Positions 38,844 to 49,233 are shown, counted from the stretch's first letter. The stretch: DNA of 64,000 bases from Candidatus Omnitrophota bacterium (GCA_020057115.1 JAGVGJ010000002.1:857-64856); one strand, 5' to 3'. Numbers and translations are program-made. The notes: generated from the letters alone by a model not told the origin.

Positions 38844-39827
38844 ATGCTAAAGATAGACTGCAAGAAAACTGCCAGCCAGATCGAAAGGTTCATAAGGCAA
38901 GAGGTTCAGTCCGGATTTAAAAAGAAAGGTGCTGTGGTCGGCCTCAGCGGCGGGCTTGACTCATCAGTGACCGCAGCATTATGCGCAAGGGCCATCAGCC
39001 CGAAAAATGTTTTAGGAGTGCTTTTGCCCGAAAGGGAATCTGCGGGCAAGAGCTCAAGCTATGCCATTGCATTGGCCAAAAGATTAGGCATAAGGGCGGA
39101 GAAGAGGGATATCACCGCCGTGCTGGACTCTTTCGGCATTTATAGGGAAAGGGATTCTATAGTAAAAAGATATTTCCGGGATTTTCGTGCGGGGGAGCGG
39201 TTCCGGATAACCATGCCCGGAAGCATCTTGACTAACAGGCAGCTCAATATCCCGTGCCTGGAGATGAAGGATAATTTCGGGCGCCTTCACAAAGATATGC
39301 TATCGGCCGATGATTATCGTTCTATGATAGCGGCTACGAATGTAAAGCATCGCGTCAGGATGTCCGCCCTTTACTATTATGCGGAAAAGAATAATTACCT
39401 TGTGGCCGGAACTACTAATTTAACAGAATTCCTTCTTGGATTTTTTGTAAAATATGGGGATGGCGGAGCGGATATTGATCCTATCAGGCATCTCTATAAG
39501 ACGCAGGTATATCAATTGGCAAGATATTTAAAACTGCCGGATGTGATCATAGGCCGCACCCCTAGCCCTGATACATTCAGTTATCCGGTAAGTGACGAAG
39601 ACTTCTACTTTAGGCTACCTTACGGCAAGCTGGATATGTTATTATATTCTTTCATAAATAAAACGCCTTTAGCAAGGATCAAGAAAAGCGTCAGAGTGAA
39701 CACGGAACAACTGGAGAGGATATTCTTTGACCTCCGATCCAAATACAAGATCGGCAAGCGCTTAAGAAGCGCCCCGATAGGGCTCAAGCTATCCCGCACA
39801 AATATCGAAAGAAAAGGACATATATGA
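38844..39827 (+). CDS. nadE: NH3-dependent NAD+ synthetase (no glutaminase domain)
   Basis: GLSGGLDSS, GTTNLTE, GFFVKYGDG and HLYKTQVYQLA. Confidence 0.85.
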   Translation: MLKIDCKKTASQIERFIRQEVQSGFKKKGAVVGLSGGLDSSVTAALCARAISPKNVLGVLLPERESAGKSSSYAIALAKRLGIRAEKRDITAVLDSFGIYRERDSIVKRYFRDFRAGERFRITMPGSILTNRQLNIPCLEMKDNFGRLHKDMLSADDYRSMIAATNVKHRVRMSALYYYAEKNNYLVAGTTNLTEFLLGFFVKYGDGGADIDPIRHLYKTQVYQLARYLKLPDVIIGRTPSPDTFSYPVSDEDFYFRLPYGKLDMLLYSFINKTPLARIKKSVRVNTEQLERIFFDLRSKYKIGKRLRSAPIGLKLSRTNIERKGHI

Positions 39828-42397
39828 TCAGCACAGGAATAAGCGGACTGGATAAAGTCATAACCGGGCTGCAGCTCGGGGACAATGTGGTCTGGCAGAT
39901 AGACTCTATCAGCGACTATACCGAATTCGTGGACCCATTCGTAAAGAAAGCCCTTGAGGAGAACAGGCGGCTTGTCTATATACGTTTCGCCAACCACAAA
40001 CCTCTGTTAAAGAAAGAGAAGGGCATCACAGTCTATGAGCTTAATGCTACCGAAGGGTTTGAATCATTTTCCGCGCAGATAAACAGTATTGCAAAAAAAG
40101 AAGGTGAAGGGGTATTCTACGTATTCGATTGCCTCTCGGACCTTCTCTCTGCATGGTCGAATGACCTCATGATAGGCAACTTCTTTAAGATCACCTGCCC
40201 GTTCCTCTTCGAGCTGAACACAATAGCCTATTTTTCCCTCCTTCGCAACAGGCACTCATTCAAGACTGTCGCGCGTATCCGCGACACTACGCAGCTACTC
40301 ATAGATGTTTATAATTATAATGATAAATGTTATATACATCCTTTAAAAGTCTGGAACCGTTATTCTCCGACGATGTTCCTGCCGCATATCAGGACAAAAG
40401 ATGCATTCGTCCCTATCGCTAACAGCGTAGACACGGCCAAGCTCTTCTCTAACATATTCAAGAAAGGGATAAAGAGCACCGAGAGGAAGCTCGACTACTG
40501 GGACAGGCTCTTCATAGATGCCGAGGAACTGGCAAACCAAAAGGGCACGGCACGCGAAAAGAAGACAAAAATGATAGACAAGCTTTCAAGGATAGTGATA
40601 GCGCGAGACGAGAAGATGCTGGAGCTCGCAAAAGAGAATATAACGCTCGAAGATTTTCTTAATATAAAATCGAGGATGATCGGGACAGGTTTTATAGGAG
40701 GAAAATCTGTCGGCATGCTGATAGCACGCAATATCCTTTCAAAAGAAAAGTCTCTTGAGACGGAAACTCTGTTCGAGACTCACGACTCTTTCTATGTAGG
40801 TTCAGACGTATTCTACACCTACATCGTAGAGAACGGCTGGTGGAAGGCCCGCATGGAGCAGAGGACTAAAGAGGGTTACTTCGAAGTGGCTAAGACCCTC
40901 AAAGATAAGTTATTGACCGGGGTATTCCCAGAAGAGATCAAAGAGCAGTTCATGCAGATGATGGAATATTTCGGGCAATCCCCGATCATAGTCCGCTCAT
41001 CGAGCCTCCTCGAAGACAGCTATGGCAATGCCTTTGCCGGAAAATACGAGAGCGTATTCCTTGCAAACCAGGGGACGCCCGAACAGAGGTACTCGAAATT
41101 CGTGGATGCCATACGCCGGATATACGCTTCAACGATGAATGAGGATGCCCTTGTGTACCGCCTGCAGCGCGGCCTCGACCAGATGGATGAGCAGATGGCG
41201 CTCCTCGTGCAGCGCGTTTCGGGATCCTATCATAAGGATTATTTCTTCCCCGATGTCGCAGGTGTGGGCATATCCTCAAATATCTATGTCTGGAAAAACA
41301 CCCTGGACCCGAAGGCGGGGATGTTGCGCCTGGTCGCAGGACTCGGCACAAGAGCGGTCGACCGGGTTGAAGGGGATTACCCCAGGATCGTGGCCCTCGA
41401 CGATCCGCTCCTTAAGGCTCACGCCGGCATAAAGAGCATCCAGAGATTCTCCCAGCATGAAGTGGATGTTATAAATGTTAGAGAGAATGCATTCCAGACC
41501 ATATCATTAAGAGAGCTCTTGATGGAGAATGTCGACATGAAACTCGACCTCATAGGGACCAAAGACGAGGAAGCGACCGAAAAGCTGCGCGAGATGGATG
41601 TGGATGAAGAGTCCTGGATAATAACATTTGACGAGCTGCTTTCGAAAACGGATTTTTCACAGACCATGCGCAAGATCTTACGGACCCTTGAGTCGGCTTA
41701 CGGATATCCTATCGACATAGAATTTACAGTCAATTTTAAGACGGGCGGTGCATTCCAGATAAACCTCGTCCAGTGCCGTCCAATGCAGACAAGAGGATTG
41801 GGGCGCAGGGTGAGCATGCCTAAGACCGTATCAAAAGACAAGACGATATTCCAGTCGACCGGTAATTTCCTGGGAGGCAACATATCTCAGGCGATCGACA
41901 GGATAATCTATGTAGACCCCAAGGCATACTGCAGCCTGGCCACTCAATCCGAGAGATATGACATAGCCAGACTGGTCGGGATGCTGAACAGGCAGATAGA
42001 GTCCAAGGAAAAGATGTCGGTCATGGTGCTAGGGCCCGGCCGGTGGGGGACAACCACGCCTTCTTTAGGCGTGCCGGTATCCTTCGCGGAGATAAATAAC
42101 ATAACGGTGCTTGGCGAGATCGCGTTCGCCACGGTCAATGCCGCGCCTGAGATATCATTCGGCACGCACTTCTTCCAGGACCTTGTCGAGACAGGCATCT
42201 TCTATATTGCATTGTATCCCGATGACCGGAGCGCATTCACAAACCAGAAGTTCTTCGATTCCATGCCCAAAGGCCTCAAAGAGCTCGTGCCGCAATACAG
42301 CAAGTACGAGGATGTCGTAAAGGTGCTGGACGTCAAAGGAAAAGGCTTAAAGATCGTATCTGATATAGTGTCTCAGAAAGCTATTTGCTATTTCTGA
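39824..42397 (+). CDS. PPDK_N (PEP/pyruvate-binding, ATP-grasp-like) domain protein with KaiC/RecA-like N-terminus
   Basis: ISTGISGLD start; IGGKSVG, VRSSSLLED, FAGKYES, GLGTRAV and LVQCRP. Confidence 0.8.
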   Translation: MISTGISGLDKVITGLQLGDNVVWQIDSISDYTEFVDPFVKKALEENRRLVYIRFANHKPLLKKEKGITVYELNATEGFESFSAQINSIAKKEGEGVFYVFDCLSDLLSAWSNDLMIGNFFKITCPFLFELNTIAYFSLLRNRHSFKTVARIRDTTQLLIDVYNYNDKCYIHPLKVWNRYSPTMFLPHIRTKDAFVPIANSVDTAKLFSNIFKKGIKSTERKLDYWDRLFIDAEELANQKGTAREKKTKMIDKLSRIVIARDEKMLELAKENITLEDFLNIKSRMIGTGFIGGKSVGMLIARNILSKEKSLETETLFETHDSFYVGSDVFYTYIVENGWWKARMEQRTKEGYFEVAKTLKDKLLTGVFPEEIKEQFMQMMEYFGQSPIIVRSSSLLEDSYGNAFAGKYESVFLANQGTPEQRYSKFVDAIRRIYASTMNEDALVYRLQRGLDQMDEQMALLVQRVSGSYHKDYFFPDVAGVGISSNIYVWKNTLDPKAGMLRLVAGLGTRAVDRVEGDYPRIVALDDPLLKAHAGIKSIQRFSQHEVDVINVRENAFQTISLRELLMENVDMKLDLIGTKDEEATEKLREMDVDEESWIITFDELLSKTDFSQTMRKILRTLESAYGYPIDIEFTVNFKTGGAFQINLVQCRPMQTRGLGRRVSMPKTVSKDKTIFQSTGNFLGGNISQAIDRIIYVDPKAYCSLATQSERYDIARLVGMLNRQIESKEKMSVMVLGPGRWGTTTPSLGVPVSFAEINNITVLGEIAFATVNAAPEISFGTHFFQDLVETGIFYIALYPDDRSAFTNQKFFDSMPKGLKELVPQYSKYEDVVKVLDVKGKGLKIVSDIVSQKAICYF

Positions 42398-42419
42398 TAC
42401 GCAGCAAGGTCGGGAAAAT

Positions 42420-42500
42420 ATGGATATTCTTTTTATAGGGATCATTGCGATTCTGGCAATGATCTCTTTTGCCTTTATAGCGCTATGCGCCAAGCTATGA
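42420..42500 (+). CDS. 26-aa hydrophobic Kdp-associated peptide
   Basis: MDILFIGIIAILAMISFAFIALCAKL, directly upstream of kdpF; not in the ORF track. Confidence 0.6.
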   Translation: MDILFIGIIAILAMISFAFIALCAKL

Positions 42501-42513
42501 GCGGAGACACGCC

Positions 42514-42606
42514 ATGACAATGATATACTGGATCGGCGGCACAATTTCTCTTCTTCTATTTATCTATCTCTTGATAGCCCTTCTTAAGCCGGAGATATTC
42601 TCATGA
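42514..42606 (+). CDS. kdpF: K+-transporting ATPase subunit F
   Basis: MTMIYWIGGTISLLLFIYLLIALLKPEIFS with YL..AL..PE.F signature; ATGA overlap with kdpA. Confidence 0.85.
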   Translation: MTMIYWIGGTISLLLFIYLLIALLKPEIFS

Positions 42607-44339
42607 ACTGGAGCAATCTCACCCAGGCCTCCATCTACATCATAACCATACTAGTCTTCGTCAAGCCTCTTGGTATGTATATGGCCAGGATATATGAAGG
42701 CAAGCCTGCGGGCATGAATGTTTGGCTGGGATGGATAGAGAGGGTCATCTATCGCCTGTCAGGGGTAAACCCTGAACAAGAGATGACCTGGAGGGCATAT
42801 GCCGTTGCTGCGATGATCTTTAATTTTTTTGGCATAATTACCGTATATGCTATCCAGCGTCTTCAGGTATTCCTTCCTTTAAACCCGATGTCGATACCTG
42901 CCGTGGCACCGGACCTAGCATTCAACACGGCTGTCAGCTTTGCCACAAATACGAACTGGCAGAGTTATGGCGGCGAGACAACATTAAGTTATTTTACCCA
43001 GATGCTCGGATTAACGGTCCAGAACTTTGTGTCGGCAGCGACAGGCATGGCTGTGCTCGCAGCATTGATCAGAGGTTTTATCCAAAAACAGTCAGACAGA
43101 ATAGGAAATTTCTGGGTTGATCTGGTCAGATCAACGCTCTATATTTTATTACCGCTATCAATACTCTTGTCCATCATATTAGTTTCGCAAGGCGTGGTGC
43201 AGACGTTCAAGCCATATGAAAAAGTGGCTATGGTCCAGCCGATAAATAATAATGGAACGGCCGCCCAGGAGCAGGTAATTGCGTTAGGCCCGGCCGCTTC
43301 ACAGATAGCTATTAAACAATTGGGGACAAATGGCGGCGGTTTTTTTAATACAAATTCTTCACACCCATTCGAAAACCCGACGCCTCTATCCAACTTCTTA
43401 GAGGTCATCGCCATTCTTTTGATACCGGCCGCCCTATGTTATACATTCGGCTGCATGGTCAAAGACAAACGCCAGGGATGGGCGCTATTGGCTGTAATGC
43501 TCATAATATTCATACCGTGCCTGTGGAGTTCGATGCACTTTGAGCAAAAGGGAAACCCATTATTTGATCGGCTAGGCATCGACCAAAAAGCATCCGCTTT
43601 CCAGCCGGGCGGCAATATGGAAGGGAAAGAGGCCCGTTTCGGTATAGCAAATTCCGCCATATGGGCTGCAGCGACAACAGCCGCTTCGAATGGCTCTGTC
43701 AACTCAATGCATGATTCTTTCATGCCCCTGGGTGGATTGGTACCAATGTGGCTCATGCAGTTGGGCGAGGTCATATTTGGCGGAGTGGGCTCCGGACTTT
43801 ACGGACTGCTCGCATTTGTGATCGTTGCCGTATTCATAGCAGGCCTCATGATAGGCCGCACTCCGGAATATCTGGGCAAAAAGATAGAATCGTATGAGAT
43901 GAAGATGGCCGCTCTTGTACTCCTAATCCCGCACATGCTTGTGCTTGCCGGAACCGCCATATCTGTTATTTTACCCCAGGCACGGCAGGCGATATTGAAC
44001 CTTGGCGCGCATGGCCTGAGTGAAGTGCTTTATGCTTTTTCATCCGCAGGCAACAATAACGGGAGCGCGTTCGCCGGCCTTTCGACGAACAATATCTATT
44101 ATAATATCGCGCTAGGGCTTGCCATGTTCTTCTCCAGATACTGGCTTATCATCCCGACCCTTGCCATCGCCGGGTCGCTTTCGAAGAAGAAGATCGTGCC
44201 TGTGAGCCAGGGGACTCTACCAACGCATACGCCGCTCTTCGTCATATTTCTTGTAATGGTCGTTCTCATTGTCGGCGCCCTGACATTCTTTCCGGCATTG
44301 GCGCTGGGGCCCATAGCTGAACATCTAATGCTCCATTAG
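42603..44339 (+). CDS. kdpA: K+-transporting ATPase subunit A
   Basis: TNTNWQSYGGE, KQLGTNGGGFF, SNGSVNSMHDS and NNGSAFAGL. Confidence 0.96.
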   Translation: MNWSNLTQASIYIITILVFVKPLGMYMARIYEGKPAGMNVWLGWIERVIYRLSGVNPEQEMTWRAYAVAAMIFNFFGIITVYAIQRLQVFLPLNPMSIPAVAPDLAFNTAVSFATNTNWQSYGGETTLSYFTQMLGLTVQNFVSAATGMAVLAALIRGFIQKQSDRIGNFWVDLVRSTLYILLPLSILLSIILVSQGVVQTFKPYEKVAMVQPINNNGTAAQEQVIALGPAASQIAIKQLGTNGGGFFNTNSSHPFENPTPLSNFLEVIAILLIPAALCYTFGCMVKDKRQGWALLAVMLIIFIPCLWSSMHFEQKGNPLFDRLGIDQKASAFQPGGNMEGKEARFGIANSAIWAAATTAASNGSVNSMHDSFMPLGGLVPMWLMQLGEVIFGGVGSGLYGLLAFVIVAVFIAGLMIGRTPEYLGKKIESYEMKMAALVLLIPHMLVLAGTAISVILPQARQAILNLGAHGLSEVLYAFSSAGNNNGSAFAGLSTNNIYYNIALGLAMFFSRYWLIIPTLAIAGSLSKKKIVPVSQGTLPTHTPLFVIFLVMVVLIVGALTFFPALALGPIAEHLMLH

Positions 44340-44354
44340 TTTAAAAAAGGCCGC

Positions 44355-46433
44355 ATGAAGACATCACATAAAAAAAGATCGTTATTTGACCTGGCAATAG
44401 TCGGGCCGGCTGTCATCGATTCTTTAAAAAAGCTGGATCCCAGGCACCAGATCAAGAATCCAGTGATGTTCGTTGTCCTGATAGGGAGCATACTGACTAC
44501 GGGACTGTATATCCAGGCTGTGCTAGGCCAGGGAGAGGCGCCGGCAGATTTTATTCTCGCTATCTCATTATGGTTATGGTTCACTCTGATCTTCGCCAAC
44601 TTCGCCGAAGCCATGGCTGAAGGCCGCGGAAAGGCGCAAGCGGCAAGCCTCCGGCGCGCCCGGAAAGACACTCCGGCAAAGAAACTCTCAAGCCCAAAAT
44701 ATGGGTCGGATTTTAAAACTGTTTCCGCTACAACTCTCAAGAAGGGTGATGTCGTTCTGGTAGAAGCCGGAGACGCGATCCCCATGGACGGTGAGGCAAT
44801 AGAAGGCATAGCCTCTGTCGATGAAAGCGCTATCACCGGCGAGAGCGCACCTGTAATACGCGAATCAGGCGGTGACCGCAGCTCTGTTACGGGCGGGACA
44901 AGGGTGCTTTCAGACTGGCTTGTCATACGCATCAGTTCCAATCCCGGCGAGACATTTCTCGACCGCATGATCGCCATGGTCGAAGGCGCCAAACGCCGAA
45001 AGACCCCCAACGAGATCGCTCTAAGTATTTTATTGGCAGTGTTCACCATAATATTTCTTTTAGCTACGGTAACATTATTACCCCTCTCGATATATAGCGT
45101 TTCGGCAGCCGGCCACGGAGCGCCGATCACGGTTACTGTGCTGGTGGCTTTACTCGTATGCCTTATCCCTACGACTATCGGAGGGCTGCTTCCCGCGATA
45201 GGCATCGCGGGCATGGACAGGATGATCCAGGCCAATGTCATAGCCACATCCGGTCGTGCCGTTGAGGCGGCAGGGGATGTGGATGTCCTGTTACTCGACA
45301 AAACCGGTACGATAACTCTAGGGAACAGGCAGGCTGTATCTTTTATACCGTCCAAGGATGTAAGCGTTGGATCGCTGGCAGATGCGGCGCAGCTCTCTTC
45401 GCTATCTGACGAAACGCCCGAGGGGAGAAGCATCGTGGTTTTAGCAAAAGAAAAATACGGAATAAGAGGCCGCCACATCCATGAGCTCGAAGCAAAATTC
45501 ATCCCATTTACCGCCCAGACGCGCATGAGCGGTGTAGACCTGGGCGACGGCAGACAAATAAGAAAAGGCTCGGTTGACGCTATCGAAGATTACGTGAAAG
45601 CGCTAGGTGGTTCCTTCCCTGAAGATTTAAAGGCAAGCATTGAATCGATAGCCAAGTCCGGCGGCACGCCGCTTGTCGTAGCAGAACACAAGAACGTGCT
45701 TGGTGTCGTACAGTTAAAGGATATCGTAAAGGGCGGCATAAAGGAACGGTTTGCGGAGCTGCGCCGTATGGGAATAAAGACCGTCATGATAACAGGGGAT
45801 AATCCTTTAACTGCCGCGGCCATTGCCGCCGAAGCGGGTATGGATGATTTTCTGGCCAAGGCTACGCCTGAAACGAAGCTTAAGCTTATCCGTGAAATGC
45901 AATCCGGGGGCAGGCTCGTAGCAATGACGGGAGACGGGACCAATGACGCGCCGGCTCTCGCGCAAGCTGATGTCGCGGTTGCCATGAACACCGGCACGCA
46001 GCCTGCTAAAGAGGCAGGCAATATGGTAGACCTTGATTCAAACCCTACAAAACTTATCGAGATCGTAGAGATAGGCAAGCAGCTTCTCATGACACGCGGT
46101 TCATTGACAACATTCAGCATCGCCAATGACATATCTAAATACTTTGCCATCATACCGGCGGCATTTGTAGGAATCTATCCAGCATTGGGAGCGCTTAATA
46201 TCATGCACCTGGCGACACCGGAAAGCGCCGTATTATCGGCGGTTATCTTCAACGCGCTCGTAATTATTTTTCTCATCCCGCTCGCCCTGCGCGGCGTGCC
46301 ATATAAACCGATGCCGGCGAACCGCCTTCTGAAAGACAACCTGTTGATATATGGGGTCGGAGGGATAGTTGCGCCATTTATAGGCATTAAATTGATCGAC
46401 ATGATCTTGGTGGCATTGCATTTAGTCAGATAA
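44355..46433 (+). CDS. kdpB: K+-transporting ATPase subunit B
   Basis: [21 protein letters not shown] and [10 protein letters not shown]. Confidence 0.97.
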   Translation: MKTSHKKRSLFDLAIVGPAVIDSLKKLDPRHQIKNPVMFVVLIGSILTTGLYIQAVLGQGEAPADFILAISLWLWFTLIFANFAEAMAEGRGKAQAASLRRARKDTPAKKLSSPKYGSDFKTVSATTLKKGDVVLVEAGDAIPMDGEAIEGIASVDESAITGESAPVIRESGGDRSSVTGGTRVLSDWLVIRISSNPGETFLDRMIAMVEGAKRRKTPNEIALSILLAVFTIIFLLATVTLLPLSIYSVSAAGHGAPITVTVLVALLVCLIPTTIGGLLPAIGIAGMDRMIQANVIATSGRAVEAAGDVDVLLLDKTGTITLGNRQAVSFIPSKDVSVGSLADAAQLSSLSDETPEGRSIVVLAKEKYGIRGRHIHELEAKFIPFTAQTRMSGVDLGDGRQIRKGSVDAIEDYVKALGGSFPEDLKASIESIAKSGGTPLVVAEHKNVLGVVQLKDIVKGGIKERFAELRRMGIKTVMITGDNPLTAAAIAAEAGMDDFLAKATPETKLKLIREMQSGGRLVAMTGDGTNDAPALAQADVAVAMNTGTQPAKEAGNMVDLDSNPTKLIEIVEIGKQLLMTRGSLTTFSIANDISKYFAIIPAAFVGIYPALGALNIMHLATPESAVLSAVIFNALVIIFLIPLALRGVPYKPMPANRLLKDNLLIYGVGGIVAPFIGIKLIDMILVALHLVR

Positions 46434-46441
46434 GGAGAAAC

Positions 46442-47017
46442 ATGCTAAGAGGGCATATCAGACCGGCGATCTTGATATTCTTGATCCTGACCGTTATTAC
46501 AGGGATCCTTTACCCGATGTTCATCACCTGGGTCGCTCAAGCATTTTTTCATTCCCAGGCTAACGGCAGCTTGATATACCGCGATGGAAAACCGACAGGA
46601 TCGGCTCTTATTGGCCAGCAGTTCGATGACCCAAAATATTTATGGGGACGCATATCTGCAACATCGACGGTGCCATATAATTCCGCCTCCTCAGCCGGTT
46701 CGAATCTAGGCCCTTCGAATCCGGCGCTTGTGAATAATTTAAAAGCGCGAATAACGGTCTTAAGATCCTCTGATCCGGACAACAATCTGCCGATCCCCGT
46801 AGACCTCGTCACTTCGTCGGCAAGCGGGCTCGACCCGCATATAAGCCGAGCAGCCGGCTATTACCAGATAAGGCGCATAGCAAGGACAAGAGGCATGCCG
46901 GAAGAGGCTATAAAACATATCATAGATCGCAATACAACCGGCCGTCTTTTCGGTTTGATGGGTGAGTCGGTAGTCAATGTATTAAAGGTAAATATAGATT
47001 TGGATTCTCACAAATAA
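46442..47017 (+). CDS. kdpC: K+-transporting ATPase subunit C
   Basis: QANGSLI, LIGQQF and VTSSASGLDPHIS. Confidence 0.95.
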   Translation: MLRGHIRPAILIFLILTVITGILYPMFITWVAQAFFHSQANGSLIYRDGKPTGSALIGQQFDDPKYLWGRISATSTVPYNSASSAGSNLGPSNPALVNNLKARITVLRSSDPDNNLPIPVDLVTSSASGLDPHISRAAGYYQIRRIARTRGMPEEAIKHIIDRNTTGRLFGLMGESVVNVLKVNIDLDSHK

Positions 47018-47034
47018 TAGAGTATATTATACAC

Positions 47035-49233
47035 ATGGTTGATGAAAGATCGGACATAGGGGCTATATTGGCGAAAGTAAAGACCGAGGAACCCAACCGC
47101 GGTAAATTGAAGATCTTCTTTGGCGCCATGGCCGGGGTCGGCAAGACCTACACCATGCTCGAGGCAGCCAGGGCCCAGAAGAAAGAGGGCGTCGACGTCG
47201 TTGCCGGATACGTTGAAACCCATAAACGCGCTGAAACAGATGCCCTCTTGGAAGGCCTTGAGATACTACCTAGAAAAAATATCGTATATAAAGGCGTGGA
47301 TATCAGCGAATTCGATATAGATCTCGCTTTAAAGAGACATCCCGCCATAATATTGGTAGACGAGCTGGCCCATTCGAATGCCCCTGACTCCCGTAATTTA
47401 AAACGCTGGCAAGATGTCGAAGAACTGCTCGAGGCGGGCATCGACGTCTACACCACTTTAAATGTCCAGCATTGTGAAAGCATAAACGACGTAGTGGCGC
47501 AGATCACCGGCATAACGGTTCGCGAAACTGTCCCCGATACGTTCATAGAAAAGGCTGACGACATAGAGTTGGTAGACCTTCCGCCCGAAGACCTTTTAAA
47601 GCGTCTTAAGGAAGGCAGGGTGTACCTGGGAGATCAGGCTGAGCGCGCTATCCAAAATTTCTTCCAGATAGGCAATCTCATCGCATTAAGGCAGCTGGCG
47701 CTGCAATATACTTCGCGCCTTGTGGACGCCAATATGCGTACCTATAAACAGACCTATTCGGTATCGAAGGTCTGGAACGTGCGTGACCGATTCCTGGTAA
47801 GCATCAGCCCGTCGCCGCACGCCATAAACCTGATAAGAGCGGGAAAGCGTATAGCGTCGGGCCTGGGCGTAGAATGGATCGTGGTAAACGTAGAAACTCC
47901 TTCCTACACATACAACAAAAAGGATAGGGCTCGGGTAGCCGAGATGATGCGCTTTGCAGAAGAGCTTGGGGCCGAGACCATTACTTTGACCGGCCAGGAT
48001 GTCGCGGAGAGCTTGGTCTCTTATGCACGTTCGCGGAACATCACAAAGATCATAGCAGGGAAGCCCGGGAAACCCCGATGGCATGAGCTGCTATTCGGCT
48101 CAACCGTCAATGGGCTTGCCCGCAAATGTGGCGAAATAGACCTGTACCTTATAAGCGGAGAAGCGCACGGAGATCCTGTAAAATTCGAGCTGCGTCTGTC
48201 AAAACCATTTCCGTGGAAAAGCCTGTTATCGACCGTCATAACGGTCGCGCTCTGCAGCATAATCGGAAGGATATTATCCCGTTACCTGGGCCCGGAAAAC
48301 GTGGTCATGATGTATCTGCTGGGAGTGGTGTGGATCGCTTATAGATATGGCCTCAGGGCATCTGTCATAGCCTCATTCCTCAGCGTCCTCGCCTTCGATT
48401 ATTTTTTTGTGCTGCCTTATTTTACTTTTGTGGTAGCGGATGTCAAAAAAGACCTGGTCACATTTGTGGTCATGTTGATCGTAGGCATCACGATAAGCGT
48501 TCTAACGGGACGGCTCAGGCAGCAGGCCATCTCCATGCGACTGCGCGAAAGCAGGACACAGGCCCTTTACCAGTTAAGCAGGGACCTTGCCAAAAGCTCC
48601 GATCCAAAAGAACTATTCCAGGTAGCGGCCATGCATATACAGAAATTTTTTAAATGCCGGAGCGCTATATTTTCACCCGACAAAAAAGGAAAGATAGAGA
48701 TATTTTTTGATAACTCAAAGGGCACGGCACTCATGGAAAATGAACAGGCTGTAGCCCAATGGGTGTACGAGCACAAGAAGATGGCTGGCAAAGATACGGA
48801 CACGCTGCCGGGGTCTAGAGGCCTCTATCTGCCACTTGCGGGGTCAGAAAAGACCGTGGGCGTTATCGGCATATTCCCGCATGAAGATAAACAGTTTACG
48901 GATCCTGAGCATTTGCACATGCTCGAGATGTTCGTAAATCAGACTGCATTGGCGGTAGAGGGAGCCCAGCTTGCCGCCGCGACCGTAAAGGCAGAGACCG
49001 AGGTCGAGAACGAGCGCCTTCGGAACATGCTATTAAGCACATTTTCTTTCGACATTCCGGCCCCGTTAACAGCTATCTCTGAGGCAGCCGCAAGCCTGTT
49101 AATACCGGAAAACGCGCATGACCCGGCAAAACGCGATAAACTGATACGGAAGATACGGGCTGAAGCAGAACGCTTAAATGGCCTGGCCGCAGAAATGACC
49201 AAGATCATCACTTCGAAAGAAGACCTTGGCTGA
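47035..49233 (+). CDS. kdpD: KdpD-like sensor lacking the phosphoacceptor His and the HATPase domain
   Basis: GVGKTYTML, LVDELAHSN, Usp, 4 TM and GAF regions present; H-box reads STFSFDIPAPL; protein ends about 60 aa later. Confidence 0.85.
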   Translation: MVDERSDIGAILAKVKTEEPNRGKLKIFFGAMAGVGKTYTMLEAARAQKKEGVDVVAGYVETHKRAETDALLEGLEILPRKNIVYKGVDISEFDIDLALKRHPAIILVDELAHSNAPDSRNLKRWQDVEELLEAGIDVYTTLNVQHCESINDVVAQITGITVRETVPDTFIEKADDIELVDLPPEDLLKRLKEGRVYLGDQAERAIQNFFQIGNLIALRQLALQYTSRLVDANMRTYKQTYSVSKVWNVRDRFLVSISPSPHAINLIRAGKRIASGLGVEWIVVNVETPSYTYNKKDRARVAEMMRFAEELGAETITLTGQDVAESLVSYARSRNITKIIAGKPGKPRWHELLFGSTVNGLARKCGEIDLYLISGEAHGDPVKFELRLSKPFPWKSLLSTVITVALCSIIGRILSRYLGPENVVMMYLLGVVWIAYRYGLRASVIASFLSVLAFDYFFVLPYFTFVVADVKKDLVTFVVMLIVGITISVLTGRLRQQAISMRLRESRTQALYQLSRDLAKSSDPKELFQVAAMHIQKFFKCRSAIFSPDKKGKIEIFFDNSKGTALMENEQAVAQWVYEHKKMAGKDTDTLPGSRGLYLPLAGSEKTVGVIGIFPHEDKQFTDPEHLHMLEMFVNQTALAVEGAQLAAATVKAETEVENERLRNMLLSTFSFDIPAPLTAISEAAASLLIPENAHDPAKRDKLIRKIRAEAERLNGLAAEMTKIITSKEDLG

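Noticed and set aside
42451-42464. 14-nt match TTCTGGCAATGATC to the nadE leader (22403-22416)
   Set aside because: It lies inside a small coding region, with no complementary arm or terminator; probably chance.
44336-45526. 396-aa antisense ORF and the many other long minus-strand ORFs
   Set aside because: Shadows of well-supported plus-strand genes.
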